64,000 nt of DNA from Candidatus Kaiserbacteria bacterium (GTDB lineage Bacteria; Patescibacteriota; Minisyncoccia; Phycocordibacterales; UBA2100). Below, in pieces: positions 55,117 to 63,135 of the stretch. The DNA lies in the NCBI GenBank assembly GCA_016214605.1, contig JACROD010000023.1:32428-96427 (forward strand), given 5' to 3'. The notes under the pieces were generated by a model. It was not told the origin of the DNA. It did not search any database and saw only the letters and a list, made by a program, of their open reading frames with translations. A program made the translations under genes and the position numbers. The number at the start of each line of letters is the position of its first letter. The stretch's first letter is position 1.

Positions 55117-55177
55117 CCCCATACACGTATCTTATGCTATAGCATAGAATACGTGTATGGGGTTTTGTTCTCTTTTG
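55117..55177 (+). terminator. Strong rho-independent terminator after tmk (~20-bp stem ccccatacacgtat...atacgtgtatgggg + ttttgttctctttt)
   Basis: Long hairpin followed by a T-run. Confidence 0.65.
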
Positions 55178-55191
55178 TACATTTTGTACAA
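55175..55191. promoter_or_regulatory. Inverted repeat TTGTACA-TTT-TGTACAA upstream of glyA (candidate operator)
   Basis: 7-bp perfect arms with a 3-bp spacer, 85 bp upstream of the glyA ATG and overlapping the likely promoter region. Confidence 0.3.
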
Positions 55192-55275
55192 TCCTGTTTT
55201 TATGCGTTATCATTTCATGTATGATCTAGTTACGCGTACATGTCCCTTTTATCCCACTCATAATACCCATTTGAT

Positions 55276-56547
55276 ATGTACGAACACGTAAAAAAACAAG
55301 ACAAACAAGTGTATAAGGCGCTCATAGGGGAAGAGACGCGTGAAGCCGAGGGCCTCGAGCTCATCCCGAGCGAGAATTACGTCTCACTCGCCGTACGTGA
55401 AGCCAATGCATCAATCCTCACCAACAAATACTCCGAGGGCTATCCCGGCCGCCGCTACTACGGCGGGCAGGAATATACCGACATGGTCGAAAATCTCGCA
55501 CGTGATCGGGCCAAGAAACTTTTTGGCGCGAAATACGCCAACGTCCAGCCTTTGGGTGGCGCCAATGCCAATATCGCGATGTATATGGCGCTTCTTGAGC
55601 CAGGAGACACCGTACTCGGCATGGATCTCTCCCATGGTGGACACCTCACGCACGGACACCCAGTCACGTATCTGACCAAGATGTTCCGCTTCGTCCGCTA
55701 CAAGATGAAAAACGCCGAGACCGGTGAGATCGATTACGAAGAAATGCGCCAAGTCGCCGTCATCGAACGGCCCAAGATCATTCTCGCGGGGTTTTCGGCA
55801 TACCCACGCGAACTCGACTATGCCAAATTCGTCGAGATCGCGCGCGAAGTGGGCGCGACTGCCGTAATGGACATCGCGCACATCGCCGGACTCATCGCAG
55901 GCAAGGCTGTAAAGAATCCATTCGACTACGGGTTCGATATCATGACTACCACCACGCACAAGACCCTGCGCGGACCCCGTGGCGGTATGATCCTCGTGCG
56001 CGAGAGCGAAGAACTCGCCAAGAAAATAGATAAGGCGGTATTCCCGGGCCTCCAGGGTGGTCCGCACATGAACAACATTGCCGCCAAAGCGGTCGCATTC
56101 GGCGAAGCGCAGAAGCCATCGTTCAAAAAATACGCCAAACAGATTCTCAAAAACGCTCAGGCGATGGAAAAAGTGTTCAAGGATCGCGGTATCCGCCTGA
56201 TCACGGGCGGTACCGACAACCACCTGCTTTTGGCGGATGTATACGGCTCGCTCGGAGTCACCGGCAAAGAAGCACAAGAAATCCTCGACATGATCGGTAT
56301 CACCGTCAACAAGAATTCGATCGCGGACGATACACGCGGCCCCATGGATCCATCCGGCATCCGCTTTGGCACGCCGGCGATCACAACCCGTGGATTCAAA
56401 GAGCAGCAATGCACCCGGATCGCCGAACTCATGATCGACGCACTTGCACACAAAAACGAAACCAAAAAGCTCAAGATCATTCGCGCGGAAGTCCATTCCC
56501 TTTGTAAAAAGTTTCCGATCCCGAAATCATTCGCCGCACAGAAGTAG
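55276..56547 (+). CDS. glyA: Serine hydroxymethyltransferase
   Basis: LIPSENYVS...YSEGYPGRRYYGG...TTTHKTLRGPRGG (the PLP-lysine region). Confidence 0.9.
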   Translation: MYEHVKKQDKQVYKALIGEETREAEGLELIPSENYVSLAVREANASILTNKYSEGYPGRRYYGGQEYTDMVENLARDRAKKLFGAKYANVQPLGGANANIAMYMALLEPGDTVLGMDLSHGGHLTHGHPVTYLTKMFRFVRYKMKNAETGEIDYEEMRQVAVIERPKIILAGFSAYPRELDYAKFVEIAREVGATAVMDIAHIAGLIAGKAVKNPFDYGFDIMTTTTHKTLRGPRGGMILVRESEELAKKIDKAVFPGLQGGPHMNNIAAKAVAFGEAQKPSFKKYAKQILKNAQAMEKVFKDRGIRLITGGTDNHLLLADVYGSLGVTGKEAQEILDMIGITVNKNSIADDTRGPMDPSGIRFGTPAITTRGFKEQQCTRIAELMIDALAHKNETKKLKIIRAEVHSLCKKFPIPKSFAAQK

Positions 56548-56602
56548 ACATCGAATGTGTGCGGCATGATCGACAAAATATGCTACAATACAGCGACATT
56601 TT

Positions 56603-57226
56603 ATGATGTCTCTTCTTACGCATGTGAGCTTGCCTCACCTGATACAGATCGTCGGTTACCCCGGGCTTTTTGCTGCCGTATTCCTCGAATCCGGCGTTTT
56701 TTTCGGATTCTTCCTACCAGGCGCCTCGATGCTCTTTACTGCTGGCCTCCTTGCTTCGCAGGGATTTTTCAACGTATGGGCGCTGATCCCATTACTCACC
56801 CTGGCTGCTATCCTCGGAGACAACGCTGGGTACTGGTTTGGCAACAAGGTCGGCGTAACGCTTTTTTTCAGGAAAGACTCGCGTTTCTTCAAGCACGAAT
56901 ACCTCGAGCGTGCGAAGGATTTTTATGACAAACACGGCGCGCAGACGATCTTCTTGGCGCGCTTCATTCCGATCGTGCGCACCTTTGCGCCCATCCTCGC
57001 TGGGATTACCAAGATGCGCTATGTGACATTCATTACGTACAACGTCCTAGGCGCGGTCTCTTGGGGAGCTGGTGTGACATTTGCGGGATTTTATCTCGGA
57101 CGCCGCGTACCCAACATGGAACATTACCTCATGTATGTGGTCCTCGCGATCATTGTCGTGACGACACTGCCGATATTCTGGGAGCTGCGCAAGCCAAGGC
57201 CCGAGACCGCTAGAAAGCTTCAATAA
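56603..57226 (+). CDS. DedA/SNARE-associated family membrane protein
   Basis: ...FLESGVFFGFFLPG...ILGDNAGYWFGNKVG... is the DedA signature. Confidence 0.7.
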   Translation: MMSLLTHVSLPHLIQIVGYPGLFAAVFLESGVFFGFFLPGASMLFTAGLLASQGFFNVWALIPLLTLAAILGDNAGYWFGNKVGVTLFFRKDSRFFKHEYLERAKDFYDKHGAQTIFLARFIPIVRTFAPILAGITKMRYVTFITYNVLGAVSWGAGVTFAGFYLGRRVPNMEHYLMYVVLAIIVVTTLPIFWELRKPRPETARKLQ

Positions 57227-57229
57227 AAA

Positions 57230-57305
57230 AAACAGGTCGCCCGTCGCATCCTCGCAGCAAGCTGCGAGGTATTGCGCGGGCGACACCAGGCTGTTTTTTT
57301 GGAAG
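57230..57305. terminator. Bidirectional terminator (A-run, nested hairpins, T-run). A related hairpin ccccgcagcaagctgcgggg is at 57341-57360
   Basis: aaaaaaaacaggtcgcccg...ctcgcagcaagctgcgag...cgggcgacaccaggctgttttttt. Confidence 0.5.
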
Positions 57306-57405
57306 GTGTAGCGGCCGCCGCCGCTTCAAATCTATTAGCCTCTCAACCCCGCAGCAAGCTGCGGGGTATTCTCGGCTTCCAATAACACCCAAGTATCCTT
57401 CCGGC

Positions 57406-58227
57406 TCAATCCAACTGCCTGAGCCGAGCAAGCCCGCCATGAAGGCCGCCAAGATCGCCGAGCGATGAGTGAAGTATCTCGGGAAGTTCCGGAAGTACCT
57501 TGGTGATCCTCTCGAGATGGAATCGGACTCGCTCGACTGAAATACCTATTTCATTGAACATAGACCCTCCGAGGACGATCCTGTCGGGCGACCAAAACAA
57601 AATAGCATTGTGCAGGCCGAAAGCAGTGATGATAGCGAGATCCTCCCAAACGGATGAATCAGGTCCCAGATCGCGCGGATGCTTGCCGTACCTTTTCTCG
57701 ATCGAAGAACCCGAGAGAAGGTCTTCCCAGGTGATGTCATTTGATGATGGAGAGAGGTATTGGTGCCCGATCTCCGTCCCGAAGACGGCCGGATCGATCT
57801 TGTTATCGACGATACGTACACCATTGACTCCGGTAGAGACCGTAATATACATCATGATGCGCGCGCCTTGCCCTGCACCTGCAGTAGCCTCACCGAGTCC
57901 GATCTGCGCGACGTCGTTTTCAAAATAAATATTTGTAGACAAGGCGGTCTCGATATCGTCGGCGATGTGCTTCCCGATCCACTCGGGTATGTGCGGACCT
58001 GCACCTGCGATGACCCTGCGATCACGCGAAAGGAGCGCGGGTACGCCCGCAGCAATCTTGGTTATCTCCTCTCCCGCGGCGATCTCTTTTGCCGTCTCCA
58101 CAAAAGCAGCGATCCCTTCTTGGTATGATTGCGGAGTCTTTATGATGACCGGCTCGTCGAAATGCTCAAGGTCGCGGCTGCCCGCGATCCGCATTTTGGT
58201 CCCCCCAATGTCTGCGATGATGTACAT
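57406..58227 (-). CDS. ROK/BadF-type sugar kinase (glucokinase-like)
   Basis: MYIIADIGGTKMRIAGS (the actin-fold phosphate-1 motif) and later ...GGSMFNEIG... No ROK Cys-zinc motif was seen. Confidence 0.5.
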   Translation of the reverse strand: MYIIADIGGTKMRIAGSRDLEHFDEPVIIKTPQSYQEGIAAFVETAKEIAAGEEITKIAAGVPALLSRDRRVIAGAGPHIPEWIGKHIADDIETALSTNIYFENDVAQIGLGEATAGAGQGARIMMYITVSTGVNGVRIVDNKIDPAVFGTEIGHQYLSPSSNDITWEDLLSGSSIEKRYGKHPRDLGPDSSVWEDLAIITAFGLHNAILFWSPDRIVLGGSMFNEIGISVERVRFHLERITKVLPELPEILHSSLGDLGGLHGGLARLRQLD

Positions 58228-58244
58228 ATAGATTACAAGGTAGA

Positions 58245-58862
58245 TTACAAAGCGACGCTTTGTATTTTTAGGTTGTGGTCTAATGTTATTGGAATCCCGC
58301 CAAGATCTACCTTTCGGACTTCTTTATAAAGCTTGTTGGGTATCAATAGCGGGGCACCGTCGCGTTCGACGACATAATACGCGAAACCGCGCATCTGCTT
58401 GACCTGTTCATAATCGGCATGTCCCGGCATCGAAGCAGAATCATCCGGACCCGCCACAGGACTATCATCGGTCGTTACGAGCCACTGTGCGCCGGTATTG
58501 ACCAGAAGATGACCGAAGCCGGACGGCATGTGTACCGAATCCCCCGCCTTGACCGGGATCGCTCTAAACTCTTCGATGATGTTTGGATTATCCACGCCGT
58601 CGATGACCGCCATCTTTTGGAGGAGTGCGATGCCTTCCCCCTGCAGGATCCAATACATCTCTTGGAGATCGCCTTTGTGATAGTGGCCGTAGGTCTTGAT
58701 ATATTCGCCGCCGACGGTACCCGTCTCCCAGATGGTGATGTTATGCTTCTCTGATCCGCCGCGGATCATGTAATAGTGGATCGCAGGTCCCGCAGCCTCG
58801 GGATGCATCAGGACTTCCTGCATCTTTTCGTGTGTTCGTGCGGCAAAGGCTTCAAATGACAT
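58245..58862 (-). CDS. Cupin-type glucose-6-phosphate isomerase (archaeal cPGI-like)
   Basis: ...TYGHYHKGDLQEMYWILQGEG... and ...GDSVHMPSGFGHLLVNTG... match the cPGI metal-binding motifs TxGHxH...E and GxxxxxPxGxxHxxxN. Confidence 0.5.
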   Translation of the reverse strand: MSFEAFAARTHEKMQEVLMHPEAAGPAIHYYMIRGGSEKHNITIWETGTVGGEYIKTYGHYHKGDLQEMYWILQGEGIALLQKMAVIDGVDNPNIIEEFRAIPVKAGDSVHMPSGFGHLLVNTGAQWLVTTDDSPVAGPDDSASMPGHADYEQVKQMRGFAYYVVERDGAPLLIPNKLYKEVRKVDLGGIPITLDHNLKIQSVAL

Positions 58863-58995
58863 GGGGAAATTGTATCACAAAGAATAGCGCCTCACTTCAC
58901 CACCACCGTCCGTGTCGCGGTGGCCGTCTGGCCGAAGGTATCGGTGACGACGAAACGCTCTGCAAGAGGAAAATCAGCACCGGCTTTTTTAATTA

Positions 58996-60996
58996 TTATG
59001 GGACAGGATTGCAGACCTTATGGAAACAGATCCCAAGCTCCTCGAGACGGTCGAGATATTTGAGCACTGCCGATATATATGACGCATGGCTCCAGGCCAG
59101 GGGCGACGACGATGCCGGGGCGCCGGTCTTGGGATGCAGTTGTTCGGAAAGAATGCCCGACGGCCGCGCATACCGCACGACCCAGTTGAATATCTCGCGC
59201 ACACGGTCAAAGTCGGCATCGGTGTGCGCATTTGCAATGAGATACTCCGCATACCACAGCGTCGTGGTGATCCACGGATCTCCGACGACATCGCGCTCCG
59301 TACGAAAATATTCGTCATTCTCATACCGTGCGATCCCTCCTATCGTGATGCCGCGCGAAAGCGTACGCACACTCGTTTCAAAAGCCCTGCTCAATCGCGG
59401 GTCATCGGACGGAAGGACTCCGAACGAGAAGATGCCATAGACACTAGATATGTCGATCGTCTCGTCGTATACGAAACCCCCCTCTTCCTTCCGCACCAGC
59501 TTCACAAAAGTGCCCGTCTTTTCGTCGTAAAGATGCCTCATGATCGCTGCTTGCACCTCAACGGCAGCTTCGCGATACCGTGTCTCGTGTTTGCCTTTAC
59601 CGAGAATGTTGGAAAGATCGGCAGCCGCCATGAGTGCTCCGTAGACCGCAGCAGCCGTAAAGGTCGATGTCCCGCGCTTCTCTTCCCATAGATCATATGA
59701 AGCTTCCGGAAGATTTGTCTCACGATCGCGATAATGCACCATGAAATCCGCCGCCTTCTCGATGAGGGGGTTATACATGGTCTCTAAGAATTCGAGATCA
59801 TGACTATGCGAATAGTGTTCGCGTAGTGCAATGATGACCAGGGCCGTTTCGTCCTCTTGGATCGGGATCTGGAGCTGTCCGTTGAGTACCCAAGGGTGCC
59901 ATGAGGATCCGAGTGAGCCGTCGGGCAGATACTTGTGCATAAAATAACCGTTGTGTGCAATGACCGTCTGGCAAAACTCAAAGAATCGTTTGGCGACATT
60001 GGGATCGCCCGCTCGATCGAGTGCGAGTGCCGCATACGCCGCATCGCGCGGCCAGACATACGCATACGTATCGTAGCCATGTTGAAGCATATCGGAATCA
60101 ACCGAAGCGATGATCCCGCCATCGATATCCACATGAGCGCGGACGTAAAGCAGTGATTTATAAAACAGCACTACCTGTTCCGGAGTCATTCCATAAAACT
60201 GCCAATCATAGGCGGTCGCCCAGGCATGCCAATAATTACTCGCGGTGCGCAGGAGGTGTTCGGGGCGTTTTTTTTGCACATATTGATCCAACTCCAGCGC
60301 TCCCACGATGGATTGGGCCGCTACGAGCCAGTAGAAGATCGTGTGGGACTCTTGGGGTGCGTATTCGGCGTACAATCCGAGTACCGAATCCACCTGCCCA
60401 TGCTCAATAGGGTTTTTCGAGAGGAGGCCGTCTTCGGCATCACGATGCGTCCCTTCTTTGCCGCCCGATCCTGTGGTGCCAGTCGCATAATCAGTGAAGC
60501 GTTCGCCGTCGATCGTAGCCGCAACCAAAAATACGCGGCGACCCTTATAGTGAATAAGCGAGCGGGAAGAGGGATCGTAGTATGCGGTATCGCCGCCATG
60601 AGCTTTGTATATTTCGAATTGCTGACCGAAATAGACCTTGATCATGCGTTTGTGGTCGGCGAGATTAGTGACGGTCGCCTTGCGAACAAAAACCGGTTTT
60701 TCGTTGTAGACGATGTCTGCGAAGATGATCTCGACCTGAAGACGTTCGTGACGCGCGATGATATGGCTCGTCAATGTCTTATCCTCGCATTCAATCGTGA
60801 TCTGCCACGACGGATCTTCGGAGAACCAACTGATCTCGCCATCGACCCAGATGCCGATGCGATGTATGTAGTGTCCGCGTACGTGATTCTCGAGCCCCAC
60901 ATGCGGATAGTAGAGATCGCGTACGAGCCCATGATCGTCGAGTGCGACACAAAGCTCGCCATTGGAAAGGACGATAGATCGGGACATACCATTCAT
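58996..60996 (-). CDS. Glycoside hydrolase family 15 (glucoamylase/glucodextranase-like)
   Basis: ...YVWPRDAAYAALAL..., ...ASYDLWEEKRGTSTFTAAAVYGAL... and ...LAWSHASYI... are the GH15 (alpha/alpha)6-barrel signatures, preceded by an N-terminal beta-domain. The start is at 60996 or 60987. Confidence 0.7.
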   Translation of the reverse strand: MNGMSRSIVLSNGELCVALDDHGLVRDLYYPHVGLENHVRGHYIHRIGIWVDGEISWFSEDPSWQITIECEDKTLTSHIIARHERLQVEIIFADIVYNEKPVFVRKATVTNLADHKRMIKVYFGQQFEIYKAHGGDTAYYDPSSRSLIHYKGRRVFLVAATIDGERFTDYATGTTGSGGKEGTHRDAEDGLLSKNPIEHGQVDSVLGLYAEYAPQESHTIFYWLVAAQSIVGALELDQYVQKKRPEHLLRTASNYWHAWATAYDWQFYGMTPEQVVLFYKSLLYVRAHVDIDGGIIASVDSDMLQHGYDTYAYVWPRDAAYAALALDRAGDPNVAKRFFEFCQTVIAHNGYFMHKYLPDGSLGSSWHPWVLNGQLQIPIQEDETALVIIALREHYSHSHDLEFLETMYNPLIEKAADFMVHYRDRETNLPEASYDLWEEKRGTSTFTAAAVYGALMAAADLSNILGKGKHETRYREAAVEVQAAIMRHLYDEKTGTFVKLVRKEEGGFVYDETIDISSVYGIFSFGVLPSDDPRLSRAFETSVRTLSRGITIGGIARYENDEYFRTERDVVGDPWITTTLWYAEYLIANAHTDADFDRVREIFNWVVRYARPSGILSEQLHPKTGAPASSSPLAWSHASYISAVLKYLDRLEELGICFHKVCNPVP

Positions 60997-61106
60997 TATA
61001 CATCGCGTATAAGATCTACTCCTCGTTATTCCACAGCGCCCCGTAGATTCCCATGTCCTAGCTATAGCTAATTTTAGGGAATATTCGTAGAGTGCGGTGT
61101 GAGACA

Positions 61107-61142
61107 AAAAAAATCGGGACCCATCGTGCGATGAGTCCCTTG
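61107..61142 (-). terminator. Minus-strand terminator (gggactcatcgcacgatgggtccc + gatttttttt), nearly identical to the one at 62496-62535
   Basis: Hairpin followed by a U-run when read in the minus direction, downstream of the 61158..61523 gene. Confidence 0.55.
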
Positions 61143-61157
61143 CTATCTTTTTGACAA

Positions 61158-61523
61158 TCACCCTCCACCTGGAATACTGTTTCGCAAAATACGGCACTTG
61201 TTCTCGATGTTTTGTTTGATCTTCTCCAATACAGCCTTATGTTCTACTGGCGCATATTTCTTCAGCCACTCCAAGTCTTCCTTTTGATGGTCACTACCAT
61301 CAAAGTAATTGTAGATGCGCCATGCCAACAAAAACCTGCACTCTAGACTCAGTTTACCGCCGTCTAATATTAAGGCCATTCTACCGGCGGTATTCCTATC
61401 CATCCATCGCTCACATGCCTCATGGGTTATTAGCTGAATAAGTTCTTGAAGCTCAGCTTCCCGATCCTCCTTCACGGCATTGGCCCTATCAACCTCATCT
61501 GTCCAGTCTCGTATAAAGCCCAT
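61158..61523 (-). CDS. Hypothetical protein
   Basis: 121-aa ORF, lower in GC than its neighbours. It has its own terminator. Confidence 0.3.
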   Translation of the reverse strand: MGFIRDWTDEVDRANAVKEDREAELQELIQLITHEACERWMDRNTAGRMALILDGGKLSLECRFLLAWRIYNYFDGSDHQKEDLEWLKKYAPVEHKAVLEKIKQNIENKCRILRNSIPGGG

Positions 61524-61644
61524 GACACCCTCCTCCTTTGGTTATCAAATGCCCTACAGGGGCACCTTGTCTTTCTAGCTTATACCACCCCTGCAGATCG
61601 GTGGCAATATTCCTAAGATTAGGCGGTCGCTTATTATAAGGAAT

Positions 61645-62238
61645 ATGAGTACAGGTGGAAACAAGATGGAAATTGAATCAGGAAAGAGGAGGCGGAAAAA
61701 CGCAATCCAACAAACCGTGTTGGCGGCGGTCGGTATGGCAGGCTTGCTTACGGTCGCCGCCGTCGCCCCCAATATTTTCCAGGCGTTTCCGCGCATCATT
61801 GGCAAGCAACGCTACAAGCTCGCCTTTCAGGCCCGTACTGCTGTGCAACGCCTTGTGATAAAAGGGCATGTGCAGTGGGTCGAAACGAGCGGCAAAAAAT
61901 ATCTGGAGATCACTGAGAGCGGCCAGCGTGCCCTGGACCTATCCATTGCCCGCGCGAGCGCACCGGCCCGCAAGAAGCGCCGATGGGATCGCCGCTGGCG
62001 CATGGTTATCTTCGACATCCCCGAACGCCGCCGCGCCGTACGCGAACGACTGCGTATACTTATGCATGAGTTCGGCTTTCTCCGACTCCAAAACAGCGTC
62101 TGGATCTCACCGGATGACTGCGAGGAATTGATCGCACTCATCAAAGCCGATCTCAAGGTCGGCAAAGACATCCTTTATGTGATCGCCGACTCGATAGAAA
62201 ACGACACCTGGATCAAAAAACATTTCGAGCTTTCGTAG
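61645..62238 (+). CDS. PaaX-like C-terminal domain protein with a Cas2-like core (paralog of 1970..2554)
   Basis: ...AAVGMAGLLTVAAVAPN...KKRRWDRRWRMVIFDIPERRRAVRERLRILMHEFGFLRLQNSVWISPDD. It shares the AAPN and WRxVxFD(I/L)P...RLQNSV motifs with the first paralog. Confidence 0.5.
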   Translation: MSTGGNKMEIESGKRRRKNAIQQTVLAAVGMAGLLTVAAVAPNIFQAFPRIIGKQRYKLAFQARTAVQRLVIKGHVQWVETSGKKYLEITESGQRALDLSIARASAPARKKRRWDRRWRMVIFDIPERRRAVRERLRILMHEFGFLRLQNSVWISPDDCEELIALIKADLKVGKDILYVIADSIENDTWIKKHFELS

Positions 62239-62306
62239 GATCTCCTCAGACAGACTCTGCCTACATATTCTGCATATTGTTTTTTGCATTTCTGCTCTGT
62301 GCAAAA

Positions 62307-62474
62307 AATATTCCTATTTATTAGCTATAGCTAGTGGATAGGAATATTTCTTTGCTGATCGTTTACGGACATAAATCCCATATTCCTATTCATAGGCTAT
62401 AGCCACCTCTTAGGAATCTTTCTGGGGTTCGTAATATTCCCTATTATTAGCGACCGCCTAGACTTAGGAATATG
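62307..62474. repeat. Three tandem ~40-bp inverted-repeat elements with half-sites AATATTCC(C)TA / TAGGAATAT. Related copies are at 61046-61091 and 61591-61633
   Basis: 62307-62349 is aatattcctat-N20-ataggaatatt. 62381-62418 and 62434-62474 are analogous. 61591-61633 is nearly the reverse complement of 62434-62474. Confidence 0.7.
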
Positions 62475-62495
62475 TTGCGGAAAAGGCATGGTACG

Positions 62496-62535
62496 TAACA
62501 AAAATCGGGACCCACCTTGCGATGAGTCCCTACCG
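62496..62535 (-). terminator. Minus-strand terminator (gggactcatcgcaaggtgggtccc + gatttttgtt), a duplicate of 61107-61142
   Basis: The same hairpin with 3 substitutions, downstream of the 62546..62812 gene. Confidence 0.55.
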
Positions 62536-62545
62536 TATTTGATAT

Positions 62546-62812
62546 TCATGCGTCAAGGTGCTCATTCATGACTATTTCTGGGATATGATCCTGAACATAA
62601 TCACAATCGAGGCAAACAAGTACGACTTTTCCATCAAGCTCCCTGGGAACAAGAACTTGGTGTCGACTATCGTTACCACACGTAAGTGGGTGAACAAGAA
62701 CTGAATTTTGCCAGCGATTAACTTTGCCGATAATTTCCTGATTGGTCATTGAGACCCCTTGTCCGGAAACTTCCACTGGAGAACAGCATACTTGCGGCAG
62801 TTTGATTCCCAT
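62546..62812 (-). CDS. Hypothetical small Cys-containing (zinc-ribbon-like) protein
   Basis: 88 aa with ...HPLTCGNDSRHQVLVPRELDGKVVLVCLDCDY... Confidence 0.3.
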   Translation of the reverse strand: MGIKLPQVCCSPVEVSGQGVSMTNQEIIGKVNRWQNSVLVHPLTCGNDSRHQVLVPRELDGKVVLVCLDCDYVQDHIPEIVMNEHLDA

Positions 62813-63135
62813 TTCTTCTACTCCTTAATGTTAGGAACTAGACTTTTCGAGCCCAGGAAAAACAAAGGATACTCGCGGCGATGCCCATCAACACAGTGAA
62901 CATGGAGTACGCCACCAGCCACTACGACATCTTATCTTGATGTGTCGATAGTTGTGCCAAAAGCAAAATGACATCAATGGTAAAGAAGGTCGATGCTCCG
63001 TAATAACAGATCTCCTGGAAGGTTTTACTTGGTCCGGTCATCGTACATTACTCCCGCTTCACGACCTCTGAGATGCATGTTCTCCGGTCAATCTAATCGA
63101 AATATGGCACAAAAGAGACTCTCACACAAGAACAG

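Noticed and set aside
55411-56496. A 361-aa minus-strand ORF
   Set aside because: Antisense to glyA, whose SHMT motifs are clear.
62820-63135. Small ORFs (for example 62993..63187, 64 aa) in the gap before the GH57 gene
   Set aside because: The only open frames are very short and of low complexity with no RBS. The region looks like a degraded or non-coding spacer.
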